Shown here one piece after another: positions 1-9,625 of a DNA stretch of 64,000 nt; within the stretch, counting starts at the first letter, position 1; every line of letters starts with the position of its first letter. The notes under the pieces were generated by a model that was not told the origin of the DNA, made no database searches, and saw nothing but the letters and a program-made list of their open reading frames with translations. The stretch comes from Abditibacterium sp. (GTDB lineage Bacteria; Armatimonadota; Abditibacteriia; Abditibacteriales; Abditibacteriaceae), in contig CBDASK010000003.1 of assembly GCA_965199495.1 (NCBI GenBank), positions 4,640,001 to 4,704,000 on the forward strand, in the 5' to 3' direction. The position numbers were made by a program, and so were the translations under genes.

Positions 1-532
1 TGCCCCCTTTGGCCCGTTGGGCCAATGCCAACGTTTGACCATCAGGCGAGAAACGGGCGAATAAATCGTCGAATTGGCCGTGAATACTCCATTTCTCGAT
101 ATGAGAGGCACGATTATAAAGCGTGTAAGTTTTGGAATTCGCCGCATAAATTTTGGGTGCAACAGCCACGAATTTCCCATTGGGCGAAAGTGCAAAACCA
201 AAATTCACTTCAGAAGGCAACACAATTATGGGCTTCTGTGGTTGCTGTTTGCCCCAGACATCCGTTTGCCAGCGCGAACGAGCGTCCCAGAAAAAAACGC
301 GCCCTTCGTGAGCGCCTGCCGAAATCTGAAGGCCCGTCGCCGCCAAAACCGAGCCATCGCGAGCGAGCGACATCACGAGAAGCCGGTTATCGGAGGTTGT
401 GCTTAAACGAAGTGGCAAACATAATTGCTTGCGCACAACTTGCGGCCCGAAAGCAGCCACGGCGGCGCCGATGATGAAAATTAAAGGCGCCGCCCACAGC
501 CATTTTTCGCCGCGCGTCCATTTGCGTTTCAC
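1..532 (-). CDS. WD40/beta-propeller membrane-anchored protein (partial, runs off left edge)
   Basis: Hand translation, not in ORF track: GTG at 532, MKRKWTRGEKWLWAAPLIFIIGAAVAAFG (TM) followed by WD-like motifs SLARDGSVLAA, VFFWDA, ALSPNGKFVAV, FSPDGQTLAL; frame open to position 2. Confidence 0.8.
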   Translation of the reverse strand, partial: MKRKWTRGEKWLWAAPLIFIIGAAVAAFGPQVVRKQLCLPLRLSTTSDNRLLVMSLARDGSVLAATGLQISAGAHEGRVFFWDARSRWQTDVWGKQQPQKPIIVLPSEVNFGFALSPNGKFVAVAPKIYAANSKTYTLYNRASHIEKWSIHGQFDDLFARFSPDGQTLALAQRAKGG

Positions 533-541
533 AATTGGAGT

Positions 542-1462
542 TTAACTTCCATGCGCCGTACGTTGATGCTGGATTTCTTCTTCGTATGGCTCGAAATGCA
601 CGATGACATCGGTATTGGGCAGGGCGGCGCGAATCGCTTCTTCGACTTCTTCGCTCACTTGATGCGCGTCGCGGAAAGTTAGATTATCATCCAACATGAT
701 ATGAACGTCGGCCAGACGTTTGGCGCCCGCCTGACGCGTGCGCAATTTGTGGAAATCTAACACGCGCGCATCGCGCTGCAAAACTTCGCGAATGCAATGT
801 TCTTCGGCATCGGGCAAGGTTTCATCCAAAAGTGGACGCAATGTATCGCGCAAAAGATGAATTGCGGCGTAACCGGCGAACAGCGTCATAATCGCGGCAC
901 ACAAGGGATCGAGGCGTGCATCGTTGAAAACGTGCGTCGAAACTAAACCAGTCAAAACGCCCGCGCACGCCCACAAATCGCCACGCAGATGCACGGCTTC
1001 GGCGGCGAGTGCGCTCGAATCGGTGGCGCGCGCGACTTTACTCATGTGGCGCGACATCGCGATGTTGATCGCAATCGAAATCACAATCGCGGCGATGCCC
1101 CAATCCACCTGAGGCATCACGGGATTTTGCCAACGCAGGTAAGACGCCCACCAGATGCCGCCAATCGAGGCCAATACCAGCACCATTTGTAGCAGCGAAG
1201 TCAGGTTCTCGAACTTGCCGTGGCCCCACGGATGATCGTGATCGGGCGGCGCGGCGGCGGCGCGCACGGTGAACCAAATTAAGGCCGAAACCACGATGTC
1301 GAGCAACGATTGCACACCTTCGCCCAAAACCGACAGCGAATTCGATTGCAATCCGGCGCCAACTTTGATGATGACGAGAAAAATGTTTGAGTAAATCGAG
1401 AGCCGCGCCGCCGCCTGTTGCACTTGAACAGCACGCGGAAGGGATACGGAAGCGGAACTCAT
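542..1462 (-). CDS. Cation diffusion facilitator family transporter (FieF-like)
   Basis: PPDHDHPWGHGKFE, AEAVHLRGD, HKLRTRQAG, DVIVHFEP motifs; 6 TM segments. Confidence 0.93.
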   Translation of the reverse strand: MSSASVSLPRAVQVQQAAARLSIYSNIFLVIIKVGAGLQSNSLSVLGEGVQSLLDIVVSALIWFTVRAAAAPPDHDHPWGHGKFENLTSLLQMVLVLASIGGIWWASYLRWQNPVMPQVDWGIAAIVISIAINIAMSRHMSKVARATDSSALAAEAVHLRGDLWACAGVLTGLVSTHVFNDARLDPLCAAIMTLFAGYAAIHLLRDTLRPLLDETLPDAEEHCIREVLQRDARVLDFHKLRTRQAGAKRLADVHIMLDDNLTFRDAHQVSEEVEEAIRAALPNTDVIVHFEPYEEEIQHQRTAHGS

Positions 1463-1490
1463 GGCGAATCGAAGCGAATCGAATAGGAAT

Positions 1491-1612
1491 AGGAGTTATG
1501 CAAAGCTCCCGTAGAGACACCGACTTGTCGTGTCTAAAACGTAAAGTTGCGGTAATTCTAATGTTTTAGACACGACAAGTCGGTGTCTCTACGGGAGCTT
1601 TGCATAACTCCT
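1491..1612. repeat. REP-doublet (REPIN-like) inverted repeat, family A (GTAGAGACACCGACTTGTCGTGTCT core)
   Basis: Perfect 50-bp arms 1491-1540 and 1563-1612, 22-bp spacer; same core recurs at 46070-46175. Confidence 0.9.
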
Positions 1613-1619
1613 GAGAAAC

Positions 1620-2573
1620 CTAAATTTTCAGGATCTTATCCATCTTTTCCCACGCCTCGTCCGGCACATCCGCGCCCGATGCGCCCGCGTTATCTTCGAC
1701 CTGACTCGGACGACTGGCGCCGATAATCACGCTCGAAACGTCCGACTGGCGCAGACACCACGCGAGGGCGAGTTGCGGCATCGAAAGGCCCAATTCCTGA
1801 GCGAGCGGCTTGAGTTTTTGCACGCGCTTGAGCAGTTTGTCGTCCAAACTTTCGGCGCTCAAGAAGTCGTTTTGCTTGTCATCAGCCGCGCGTGAATCGG
1901 AGGGCGGTGGCTCGCCCGGCAGATATTTGCCGGTCAAAACGCCCTGAGCCAAAGGCGAATAAACGACTTGACCGATGCCTTCGGCTTCGCAGAGTGGAAT
2001 GATTTCGCTTTCGATTTCACGGTTAAGCGCGTTATAAAGCGGCTGATTGGACACGATGCGGTCGTAGCCCCATTTGTCCGACAGCGCGAGGGCGTCTTTG
2101 ATATTTTGCGGACTCCACTGCGAAACGCCGACGTAGAGAATTTTGCCCTGCGTCACCAAGTCGTCCAAAGCGCGCAGAGTTTCATCGAGTGGCGTTGAAT
2201 CGTCGTAGCGGTGGCATTGATATAAATCAATGTAGTCGGTGCCCAGACGTTGCAACGACAGATGACACTGTTCCATGATGTGCTTGCGCGAAAGTCCCCG
2301 ATCATTGGGGCCATCGCCCATCGGGAAGAAGACTTTGGTGGCCAAAACATAGGAATCGCGCTGATAATCGCGCAGCGCTTTGCCGACGACTTTTTCGGCT
2401 TTGCCGCGCGCGTAAACGTTGGCGGTATCGAAAAAGTTGATGCCCTGATCAAAAGCGCGCTTGATGCACTTGGCGGCAGTTTTGTCTTCGGTGGCGTTGC
2501 CATAGGTCAGCCACGAGCCAAGCGCGACTTCGGAAACTTTGACGCCGGAGCGCCCTAAATTACGGTAATTCAT
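1620..2573 (-). CDS. Aldo/keto reductase (Kv-beta-like subfamily)
   Basis: LGRSGVKVSEVALGSW, FDTANVY, DYIDLYQCHR, YSPLAQGVLTGKY. Confidence 0.95.
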   Translation of the reverse strand: MNYRNLGRSGVKVSEVALGSWLTYGNATEDKTAAKCIKRAFDQGINFFDTANVYARGKAEKVVGKALRDYQRDSYVLATKVFFPMGDGPNDRGLSRKHIMEQCHLSLQRLGTDYIDLYQCHRYDDSTPLDETLRALDDLVTQGKILYVGVSQWSPQNIKDALALSDKWGYDRIVSNQPLYNALNREIESEIIPLCEAEGIGQVVYSPLAQGVLTGKYLPGEPPPSDSRAADDKQNDFLSAESLDDKLLKRVQKLKPLAQELGLSMPQLALAWCLRQSDVSSVIIGASRPSQVEDNAGASGADVPDEAWEKMDKILKI

Positions 2574-2620
2574 GATGAGATTAAATTGAGGTTAAGCGAC
2601 AACTAAAAAGGTTAGCGCAA

Positions 2621-5257
2621 TTACTCTTGTCCAATGTTAAGCCCCGTCACTTTGGCCTGTTGATTGGCCAAACGAGCGCGCACGCGCAACAATCGGTCGG
2701 GCGTGCGCGCCATGTTCGGGTTGATGCGCGCGCGAAAATTCCAGCCACGCGCGGGCGAGTTGTCGCGTTTCAGCGCGCCTTCGAGCGGTTGCCATTTGCC
2801 ACTGCGCGCGTCCAAAACCTCGAAGCGAACCCAAGTTATTGGTTTCTTTTTTCCGTTGGCCTTCGGCGTGGCTACTGGAGCGGGGCCGCCGGGCGGCGGT
2901 GGCGAACTGCCAAATCGCGCGGAGTTAGAATTGGAAAAGGGGCTGATACCCAGACCGCGCGCTCTGAGAATCAAATTATCTCCGGCGGGCAAAGTCGCGT
3001 CATAAATTTGATAGCCACCGCCCTGCGGATTGGCGCCCGTCGAGTTGCTCGCATCGAACGGCACAAACGAAACCGGCTTAATCGTCGCCGCGCGCGAAGC
3101 CAGCGCGTTGCTGAGTTGGCTGGCGGGCGCGCGAAAAATCATCAACGTGATGTTATCGGCGCGCGCGTCACCGATTTTTATCGGCGAAAGCGGCGTTTTG
3201 CCCCACGCGATCAGCATCGGCGCATCGTTATATTTGCCCAGATCGTTGCCCAGAGCCAACTGCATCGCGCTGTTGGGAATGCCGTTGGAAAGCGTGCTGC
3301 TATCGAAAATTTTGTCCAAGTTGGCGGCGTTGGCAATCGCGCCCGGCAAGTCGGCGCCCGACGTGGCTGTTCCTTTGCCGCTGACTTTGGCGCTCGCGCC
3401 GATTTTGATGTCGCCCAGACTCCACACGCTCGCGCCGCTCACCCAGACCGCGCCACGCAAATCGAGCGGCGTGTTGTTGACAACCGCGTCGCCGTTAATC
3501 GTCACGCCTTTGCCCAGATCGCCCAGCGATTGCGCGCTAAACGTTCTGTCCGTCCACATCCAGACGTTGGCGTTTTGCGCCTCGAAACTGGCGCCATCGC
3601 CCGGTTCCATGACGGAAAACATTCCCTGCTTGGCGCCCGCTTCGTTGGCGTAATCGGACACGACGGCGCCCTGCCCGCCCGCCGTTAAAGTGTAAGACGT
3701 GCGCTTGGGCGAGAACAGCCACAACAGCGAATCGGTGCGCGCCGTATTGGAGCCGATAGAAGATTGCGCGATGTCCACTTGCCGCGTCAAAATCGCCTTG
3801 CCGCGAATCGAAAGCGCCGCGCTATAAGCGAAAATCGAAAACGCCGCCACGATAACGGGAATCGTCACCCACGCCAGTTCGCGGCGGTCTATCAAACGTA
3901 AAACAGCGTAGTTGACCGGCACCAAAAAGAAGACGTAAAGCGCCAGAAACCACGCGATTTGCGAGACCGGCGGCATCGTCAGTTGCTTGACTTTGCTCAA
4001 GCCGCGCAGCATTTGTCCCGTCGCAGAAACCGGCATATCCTCGTAGTTGCCGCCATAATAACCGTTTGAGTAAGCGGAACTATTGGGATTAATGCCCATG
4101 CCGCCGTAAGAAACGAACGACGGATCGCCGGTTTCGATGTGCCGCACGTCCACGGCGGAATTGAAAACTTCGCCCCACAAATTGCCCTGCCCGCTCCAAC
4201 CGACGAACGGCGGTTGGCCGGGATTGAAACTCAACTCCATCACGCGCCCGGCGCCGCGCTCGCTGACGGCAAAAAGTGGCGCGTTGGGTTGGCCGACTTT
4301 GAGCGCGGCACCCGCATCTAACGAGCCGCGCAAAACCACGACGGGCGCGCCGCCCAAACGGTCGGCGCCATTTTTCGGGTTGGCCACGTAACTCGTCGCC
4401 AAATTCTGCACTTCACTCGCATTCGCGGGCGCCGAACTCGTCGGCACGAGCGGCCACAACTCCCGCAAAGGCGAAGTGTTGAGGCGCCCGGCGTTATTGC
4501 CACCAACGACGACCATGTTGCCGCCGCCCTGCACCCAGCCACGGAGCGCGTCCAACTGTTTGGGCGCCAGCGAGGTATGCACGAAATCGCCCAAAACCAC
4601 CATATCGGCGCCGTCGAAACCGATCCAACGGTCGGGCACATCGGACGACGCGGCCAAAATCGAGCGCACCGGTTGCAAATTGGGATTGAACTGCGGCTTT
4701 TTGCCGCCACGAAACAGGGCGTTGGCGCGCAGACTTTGCAGCGCGCTTTGCAAACCGTCGTCGCTATCGGCAATTGTCACGACCAGACGTTGTTCATCTT
4801 CCAGAGGCGCGATGCCGACGGTTTGTTTAATCGGCGCGAAACCGCGTCCGGAAAAAGTGACCTCGCAACCGTTGATGCCGGGCCGCTCCATGCGCCCGTA
4901 AAGCCACACGACTTTGTTGGCATTGGTCGGCAAATCCACCGTCGAATAAAAATCGTTGGGCGCGACTTCAAAGCCGCCAGAATTGACCAAGCGCAAACGC
5001 ACTTCGCCGCTAACCGCCGGGCCGGAGTTGGCCAGCGTAACAGCCACCGGGAACCAGCGCCCCGCTTTGACATTGATAGCCAACGGCGTGGCTTTGAGCG
5101 CGAGGGGCGACGAAAGCGTCATTTGCAGCGGGCCTTTGGGCGTGGGAGTCGGCGTCTGCGCGCACGCGGTGCGCGCGAACGTGACACCCACGAAAACGCA
5201 CGACATCAGCAGCCAGAGCAAGGGAGGACGAAGCGATAAACGCGCGGGGGCATTCAT
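2621..5257 (-). CDS. Large exported/membrane protein with class I glutamine-amidotransferase-like domain
   Basis: Signal peptide; LDALRGWVQGGGNMVVVGG and ERGAGRV motifs; two TM helices (LYVFFLVPVNY, AWVTIPVIV). Confidence 0.75.
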   Translation of the reverse strand: MNAPARLSLRPPLLWLLMSCVFVGVTFARTACAQTPTPTPKGPLQMTLSSPLALKATPLAINVKAGRWFPVAVTLANSGPAVSGEVRLRLVNSGGFEVAPNDFYSTVDLPTNANKVVWLYGRMERPGINGCEVTFSGRGFAPIKQTVGIAPLEDEQRLVVTIADSDDGLQSALQSLRANALFRGGKKPQFNPNLQPVRSILAASSDVPDRWIGFDGADMVVLGDFVHTSLAPKQLDALRGWVQGGGNMVVVGGNNAGRLNTSPLRELWPLVPTSSAPANASEVQNLATSYVANPKNGADRLGGAPVVVLRGSLDAGAALKVGQPNAPLFAVSERGAGRVMELSFNPGQPPFVGWSGQGNLWGEVFNSAVDVRHIETGDPSFVSYGGMGINPNSSAYSNGYYGGNYEDMPVSATGQMLRGLSKVKQLTMPPVSQIAWFLALYVFFLVPVNYAVLRLIDRRELAWVTIPVIVAAFSIFAYSAALSIRGKAILTRQVDIAQSSIGSNTARTDSLLWLFSPKRTSYTLTAGGQGAVVSDYANEAGAKQGMFSVMEPGDGASFEAQNANVWMWTDRTFSAQSLGDLGKGVTINGDAVVNNTPLDLRGAVWVSGASVWSLGDIKIGASAKVSGKGTATSGADLPGAIANAANLDKIFDSSTLSNGIPNSAMQLALGNDLGKYNDAPMLIAWGKTPLSPIKIGDARADNITLMIFRAPASQLSNALASRAATIKPVSFVPFDASNSTGANPQGGGYQIYDATLPAGDNLILRARGLGISPFSNSNSARFGSSPPPPGGPAPVATPKANGKKKPITWVRFEVLDARSGKWQPLEGALKRDNSPARGWNFRARINPNMARTPDRLLRVRARLANQQAKVTGLNIGQE

Positions 5258-5337
5258 GGTTTAAATTATAAGACAGGCGGCCTGCTGTTGTTAGTGTTTG
5301 CCCAATAAAGTTAGCTACCATTCGACTTCTTGCCTCA

Positions 5338-5448
5338 GTCTGCGGCCTCTATAACAGCGGGGTTGACGCACCCTTCCAATCGTAAAGTTCTTCGAGCAAA
5401 TACCGATTGGAAGGGTGCGTCAACCCCGCTGTTATAGAGGCCGCAGAC
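5338..5448. repeat. Long inverted repeat, family B (GCGGGGYTRACGC..CTTCCAATCG)
   Basis: Perfect 45-bp arms 5338-5382 and 5404-5448; related copy at 63799-63903. Confidence 0.88.
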
Positions 5449-5549
5449 CAATGCAATCCGAATCAAGAACTGACGCGCCAATCCACCCTTACTCTGCAAC
5501 TTTCATTGTTCGTTCTCGTCTGATTGCGTCGCTTCTCCCTAAAATCTCC

Positions 5550-6386
5550 ATGAAACGTTCTTCTCGCTCTGCGCTGCTGGCTGTTGCCCTTATCGGCGCG
5601 TTTGGATTGGGCACTTTGGCGCACTCCGATTCCAACGACGACAACACCAACTTCGCGCAATTTCGCGACGCGCTCGATGAAATTAGCGACGGCCATTTGG
5701 TTCAGGCGCAACGTTTACTCGAACAAACCGCCGCGCGCGTGCCGCTTGCCGAAGCCAACGCCAATTTGCTGGCCTACTTGCAACAGCGCGACGGCCAAAA
5801 CGAAGAGGCAATGCGCACGCTCAAACGCGTCGAAAATCCCTCGCCGATGTCGCGCCTTTGGATTCAAAGCGCGGGCGGCGACAACGCGTTTCCAGTTTTA
5901 GCTCCGGCGCCCTTGAATGCTCCGGCCAAAACCAATCGCGCGCGTCTGGCCAACAACGATGCACGCATCGCGAAGTTGGAGCAACTCATTTTTCGCTTGG
6001 TTAATCAAGAACGCGTTGCCAAAGGTTTGAATGAATTGAAATGGAGCGACGACTTGGCCGACGTGGCTCGTGCGCACGCCGCCGAAATGCGTGACAAAAA
6101 ATATTTCGCCCACGAAAGCCCAACGCGCGGCTTGGAAAATCCGCTCGACCGTTACGTCGAAGGCACGGGCCGCACGCCGCGTTTGATCGCCGAAAATATC
6201 TATCGCGCGTGGGGCAGCCATTCGTTTCTCAACGAGCAAGGTTTGCGCGCCGCCCACCAAGCATTGATGGATTCGCCGGGCCATCGCGAAAATATTTTGC
6301 TGGGTAGCGCCAATTCGGGCGGCGTCGGTCTGGTCGCCGATTCGACCGGCGATATTTGGCTGGACGAAATGTTTTCCAAACCGTAA
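5550..6386 (+). CDS. Exported CAP/SCP-domain protein
   Basis: Signal peptide from ATG 5550; LVNQERVAKGL, ARAHAAEM, YFAHESP, AENI, LMDSPGHRENIL. Confidence 0.9.
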   Translation: MKRSSRSALLAVALIGAFGLGTLAHSDSNDDNTNFAQFRDALDEISDGHLVQAQRLLEQTAARVPLAEANANLLAYLQQRDGQNEEAMRTLKRVENPSPMSRLWIQSAGGDNAFPVLAPAPLNAPAKTNRARLANNDARIAKLEQLIFRLVNQERVAKGLNELKWSDDLADVARAHAAEMRDKKYFAHESPTRGLENPLDRYVEGTGRTPRLIAENIYRAWGSHSFLNEQGLRAAHQALMDSPGHRENILLGSANSGGVGLVADSTGDIWLDEMFSKP

Positions 6387-6391
6387 GTTTT

Positions 6392-7567
6392 ATGAATCCC
6401 CAATTTCATCGCCGCAATTTCTTTAAACAAAGTGCTTTGGCGGGCGCCGCTTTGACGATGGCGCCCGTTTTATCGCGCGTCGCGAACGCGCAAACCACCC
6501 CCAGAGCTGGCGGAAGAAGAGACACGCATCCACAATGGAAAAACGGCGATTGGCGTCAGCCGTCGCGCGCGCTACGCGGCGTCAATCTGGGCGCGTGGCA
6601 GGTGTTGGAGAAGTGGATGACGCCCTCGCTTTTCGCGGGCGTCGAGGCGAGCGATGAATGGGGATTTTCGCAGTCGCCGGGCGCGCGCGCGAAGTTGGAA
6701 AATCATCGCCAAACGTGGATTACCGAACGCGATTTCGAGTGGCTCAAATCTCACGGTTTGGACGCGGTACGTCTGCCGATTGGTTATTGGACGTTGGAAG
6801 AGAACGCGCCTTATATCGCGGGCGCGAAATATGTTGACGCCGCGATGCGTTGGGCGCGCAATCACGATTTGCAGGTTTTAATTGATTTGCACGGCGCGCC
6901 CGGTAGCCAAAATGGCATGGATCATTCGGGCCGTAGCGGCGAATTAGGTTGGACACAGCCCGAAAATATCGCGGCGACAGTTCGTTCATTGGAAGCTATC
7001 GCCCAGCGTTACGGCAATCATCCCAATTTGTGGGGCATCGAATGTCTCAACGAACCGCGCTGGGACGTGCCGCTCGACACGCTCAAGGCTTTTTATCTGG
7101 CGGCCTATCCGGTCGTGCGCCAGTATTTGCCCGTCGAAAAAGCGTTTGTGATGCACGATGGATTCCGGCCTTTCAACTTGGGCGGTTTCATGGAAGGCCC
7201 GGAGTTTGAGAACGTGGTTTTGGACACGCATATTTATCAGGCTTACACCGACGATGACCGCAAACGTTCGCCCGCCGATCACGTTATCAAGGCTTACGAC
7301 CGCGCGCGCGAATTGAAAGAAATCGGCGCACAAAAATGGGCGATTGTCGGCGAGTGGAGCGACGCCATCGCGTGGGACGCGGTGAAAGATTTGTCGCCAC
7401 TCCAGCGCGAACTCGTCACGCGTGGCTATGGCGCCGCGCAACTGAGTAGTTACGAAACTTCGCACGGCTGGTTTTATTGGAGTTTGAAAACCGAAAATCC
7501 CGGCGAATGGAATTTCATGGACATGGTCGAGCGCGGATTGATGCCGGAGAATTTCGGCGTTGTGTAA
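6392..7567 (+). CDS. Glycoside hydrolase family 5, glucan 1,3-beta-glucosidase-like, Tat-exported
   Basis: RRNFFK twin-Arg signal; RGVNLGAWQVLEKW, IDLHGAPGSQNGMDHSG, LNEP (acid/base), VGEWS (nucleophile). Confidence 0.92.
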   Translation: MNPQFHRRNFFKQSALAGAALTMAPVLSRVANAQTTPRAGGRRDTHPQWKNGDWRQPSRALRGVNLGAWQVLEKWMTPSLFAGVEASDEWGFSQSPGARAKLENHRQTWITERDFEWLKSHGLDAVRLPIGYWTLEENAPYIAGAKYVDAAMRWARNHDLQVLIDLHGAPGSQNGMDHSGRSGELGWTQPENIAATVRSLEAIAQRYGNHPNLWGIECLNEPRWDVPLDTLKAFYLAAYPVVRQYLPVEKAFVMHDGFRPFNLGGFMEGPEFENVVLDTHIYQAYTDDDRKRSPADHVIKAYDRARELKEIGAQKWAIVGEWSDAIAWDAVKDLSPLQRELVTRGYGAAQLSSYETSHGWFYWSLKTENPGEWNFMDMVERGLMPENFGVV

Positions 7568-7583
7568 GCGGCAGAACGAATAA

Positions 7584-7768
7584 CGCATTTGCGTTTCGGC
7601 ACCTTTGTCATTTCGAGCGCGGCCGAGAAATCTTTCGGCCCCGCGCCAGCGGAAATAATAACCGATACAAGAGCCGAAACATGAAAGTTTCTCGAACCTG
7701 CGCTGCCGCGCGGGCGAAAGATTTCTCGGCTGCGCTCGAAATGACAAAGGTGCCGAAACGCAAATGCG
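7584..7768. repeat. TGTCATT-type (CGTC-family REP-like) inverted repeat, family C
   Basis: 54-bp arms 7584-7637 and 7715-7768 with one G-T mismatch; core TGTCATTTCGAGCGC..GAGAAATCT. Confidence 0.88.
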
Positions 7769-7942
7769 CGATTTCGGCGTTGTGTAGAAACGGCAAACGT
7801 AAACGCAGCAATTGCAATCGCGCGCTTGCGGCCCGTGATAATTCGCATTAAACCGTTTGAACGCCAGCGTATTTCCGCGCGTCTGGCCAAAAATCGAAAG
7901 AACGACATTTTATTGTCGTTCTTTTTGTTTGGTATTTTCGCT

Positions 7943-9415
7943 ATGTCCAACACAGCCACGTCGCCCGCCACCGAAATTGAAAATGTGCCCGAATCTCGTT
8001 TAACGCCCGCGCAAGTGCGCGTTTCGATGAACCGCGTCATCCTCGGTTGGGGTTTTGGCGCGATTTTCTTTCAACTCTCGGCGGGCGCGATTTACGCGGC
8101 GTTCGCGCGCCAACTGGGCGCAACCGAAGCGCAGTTCGGTTTTTTGGCGGGCATCTATCCGTTGATGGGATTTTTGCAAATCCCCGCAGCGCGCCTGTTG
8201 CAGGGCCGCGTCACCACGCGCACGATGATGCTCACGATGGGAATTTTCTGTCGCGTGCTGTGGGTTGTGGCCGCCTCGCTGCCGTGGCTGCATCGTCTGC
8301 TGCCAAACTTTATTACGCATCAAATGCTGTTGCCGACGTTCATGTTTTGCGTAATTTTATCGAGCGTTGGACAAGCGTTCACCGGCCCGTCGTTTTTCGT
8401 GTGGATGAGCGGTTTAGTTCCGGGCCGCGTCGGCCCCACGTTTTGGGCACGGCGCTATCAAATCGGCACGCTCGCGGGCATCGGCGCGGTTTTGCTGGGC
8501 GGCTGGCTGGGCGATAGCGCCGGTTGGGTCAAAGAAATGACTGGCGGCAATATTCCACCCTTGATGTTTTACAGCCTGATTTTAATGGCGGCGGCGGTTT
8601 GTGGCGTGGTTGATGTCGCGGTCTTTTTCGGCGTCAGCGAGGTGCCCGACGAAGAAACCAAAACCGGCGAAGCGTTGCCATCGCTGTGGGCGACCATCGT
8701 CGAACCATTGCGCGAACCGGCAGTGCGTTCGTATTTGCTTTTCGTGACGGTGGCGATGATCGGCTTCGCCACGACAGGGCCGTTGTTGTGGCTGTTTTGC
8801 CTCGAAACTTTGGAATTTTCCAAAACTCTGACCGGATTTATCCTCACGGTTTGTCCGCTTTTGGGCATGGCTGTTTCCTCGAAATGGTGGGGCCAAATCG
8901 CCAAAACCTACGGCACGCGCCCAATGCAGCGCTTCTCCTCGATTGGTCTGGTTCTGATTCCCATCGCGTGGACATTTGCCCTGCCGACATCGGTTTACTC
9001 GCTGGCGTTCGTCTTGTTTATTTCGGGCGTTCTGGTGGCGAGTTACGAGATTTCCAATCTCAACTTCATCACGCGCGCCGTGCCGCACCTGCCGCGCCCG
9101 ATGCTGACGGCGCTATTTTCGATTTGCACCGGGACGACGTTCGCCTTAACCGCGTGGGGCACGGGCACTTTGGCGGGCGCGACCAAAGCGATTTCGCTCG
9201 ACGTGGCTGGCATTCACTTCGTCAATTATCAACTGATTTTCGCGGTCTCGGTGATTCCGCGTTTCATTAACGCGTTCGTGCTGGCGCCGCGTCTGCAAGA
9301 GCCATCGTCGCTGGCGATGCGCGAAACCGTGAATCAGGCGGGCGGCACGCTGGCGGGCGCGTTCGGCTCACGCTTCGGGCGGTTTTGGCAAGCGCGTCAG
9401 GGTAACTTCGGATAA
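7943..9415 (+). CDS. MFS transporter
   Basis: About 12 hydrophobic segments; ATG 7943 chosen over the upstream TTG. Confidence 0.85.
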   Translation: MSNTATSPATEIENVPESRLTPAQVRVSMNRVILGWGFGAIFFQLSAGAIYAAFARQLGATEAQFGFLAGIYPLMGFLQIPAARLLQGRVTTRTMMLTMGIFCRVLWVVAASLPWLHRLLPNFITHQMLLPTFMFCVILSSVGQAFTGPSFFVWMSGLVPGRVGPTFWARRYQIGTLAGIGAVLLGGWLGDSAGWVKEMTGGNIPPLMFYSLILMAAAVCGVVDVAVFFGVSEVPDEETKTGEALPSLWATIVEPLREPAVRSYLLFVTVAMIGFATTGPLLWLFCLETLEFSKTLTGFILTVCPLLGMAVSSKWWGQIAKTYGTRPMQRFSSIGLVLIPIAWTFALPTSVYSLAFVLFISGVLVASYEISNLNFITRAVPHLPRPMLTALFSICTGTTFALTAWGTGTLAGATKAISLDVAGIHFVNYQLIFAVSVIPRFINAFVLAPRLQEPSSLAMRETVNQAGGTLAGAFGSRFGRFWQARQGNFG

Positions 9416-9455
9416 TTGTAGGAGCGACGCAATTTACTTTTTCTTTGGTCGCGCT

Positions 9456-9588
9456 TGTCATTCTGAGCGCAGTGAGGCACGAACGAAGTCGAAGAATCCA
9501 TGACTTAACGCCACCGACGAAAGTAAAATTACTATAAGACCTGTGGATTCTTCGACTTCGTTCGTGCCTCACTGCGCTCAGAATGACA
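9456..9588. repeat. TGTCATT-type inverted repeat, family C
   Basis: Perfect 45-bp arms 9456-9500 and 9544-9588 between convergent genes; shares AGTGAGGCACGAAC with the 37904 copy. Confidence 0.88.
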
Positions 9589-9625
9589 CTGTTAGACCAA
9601 GGAGAAGCAACTTGACTGAGGCTCT

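Noticed and set aside
25..474. Plus-strand ORFs 25-474 and 74-406
   Set aside because: Shadows of the minus-strand WD40 gene at 1-532.
1563..1592. GTTTTAGAC... resembles the start of a type II CRISPR repeat
   Set aside because: It occurs only as inverted pairs, with no direct-repeat/spacer array and no cas genes.
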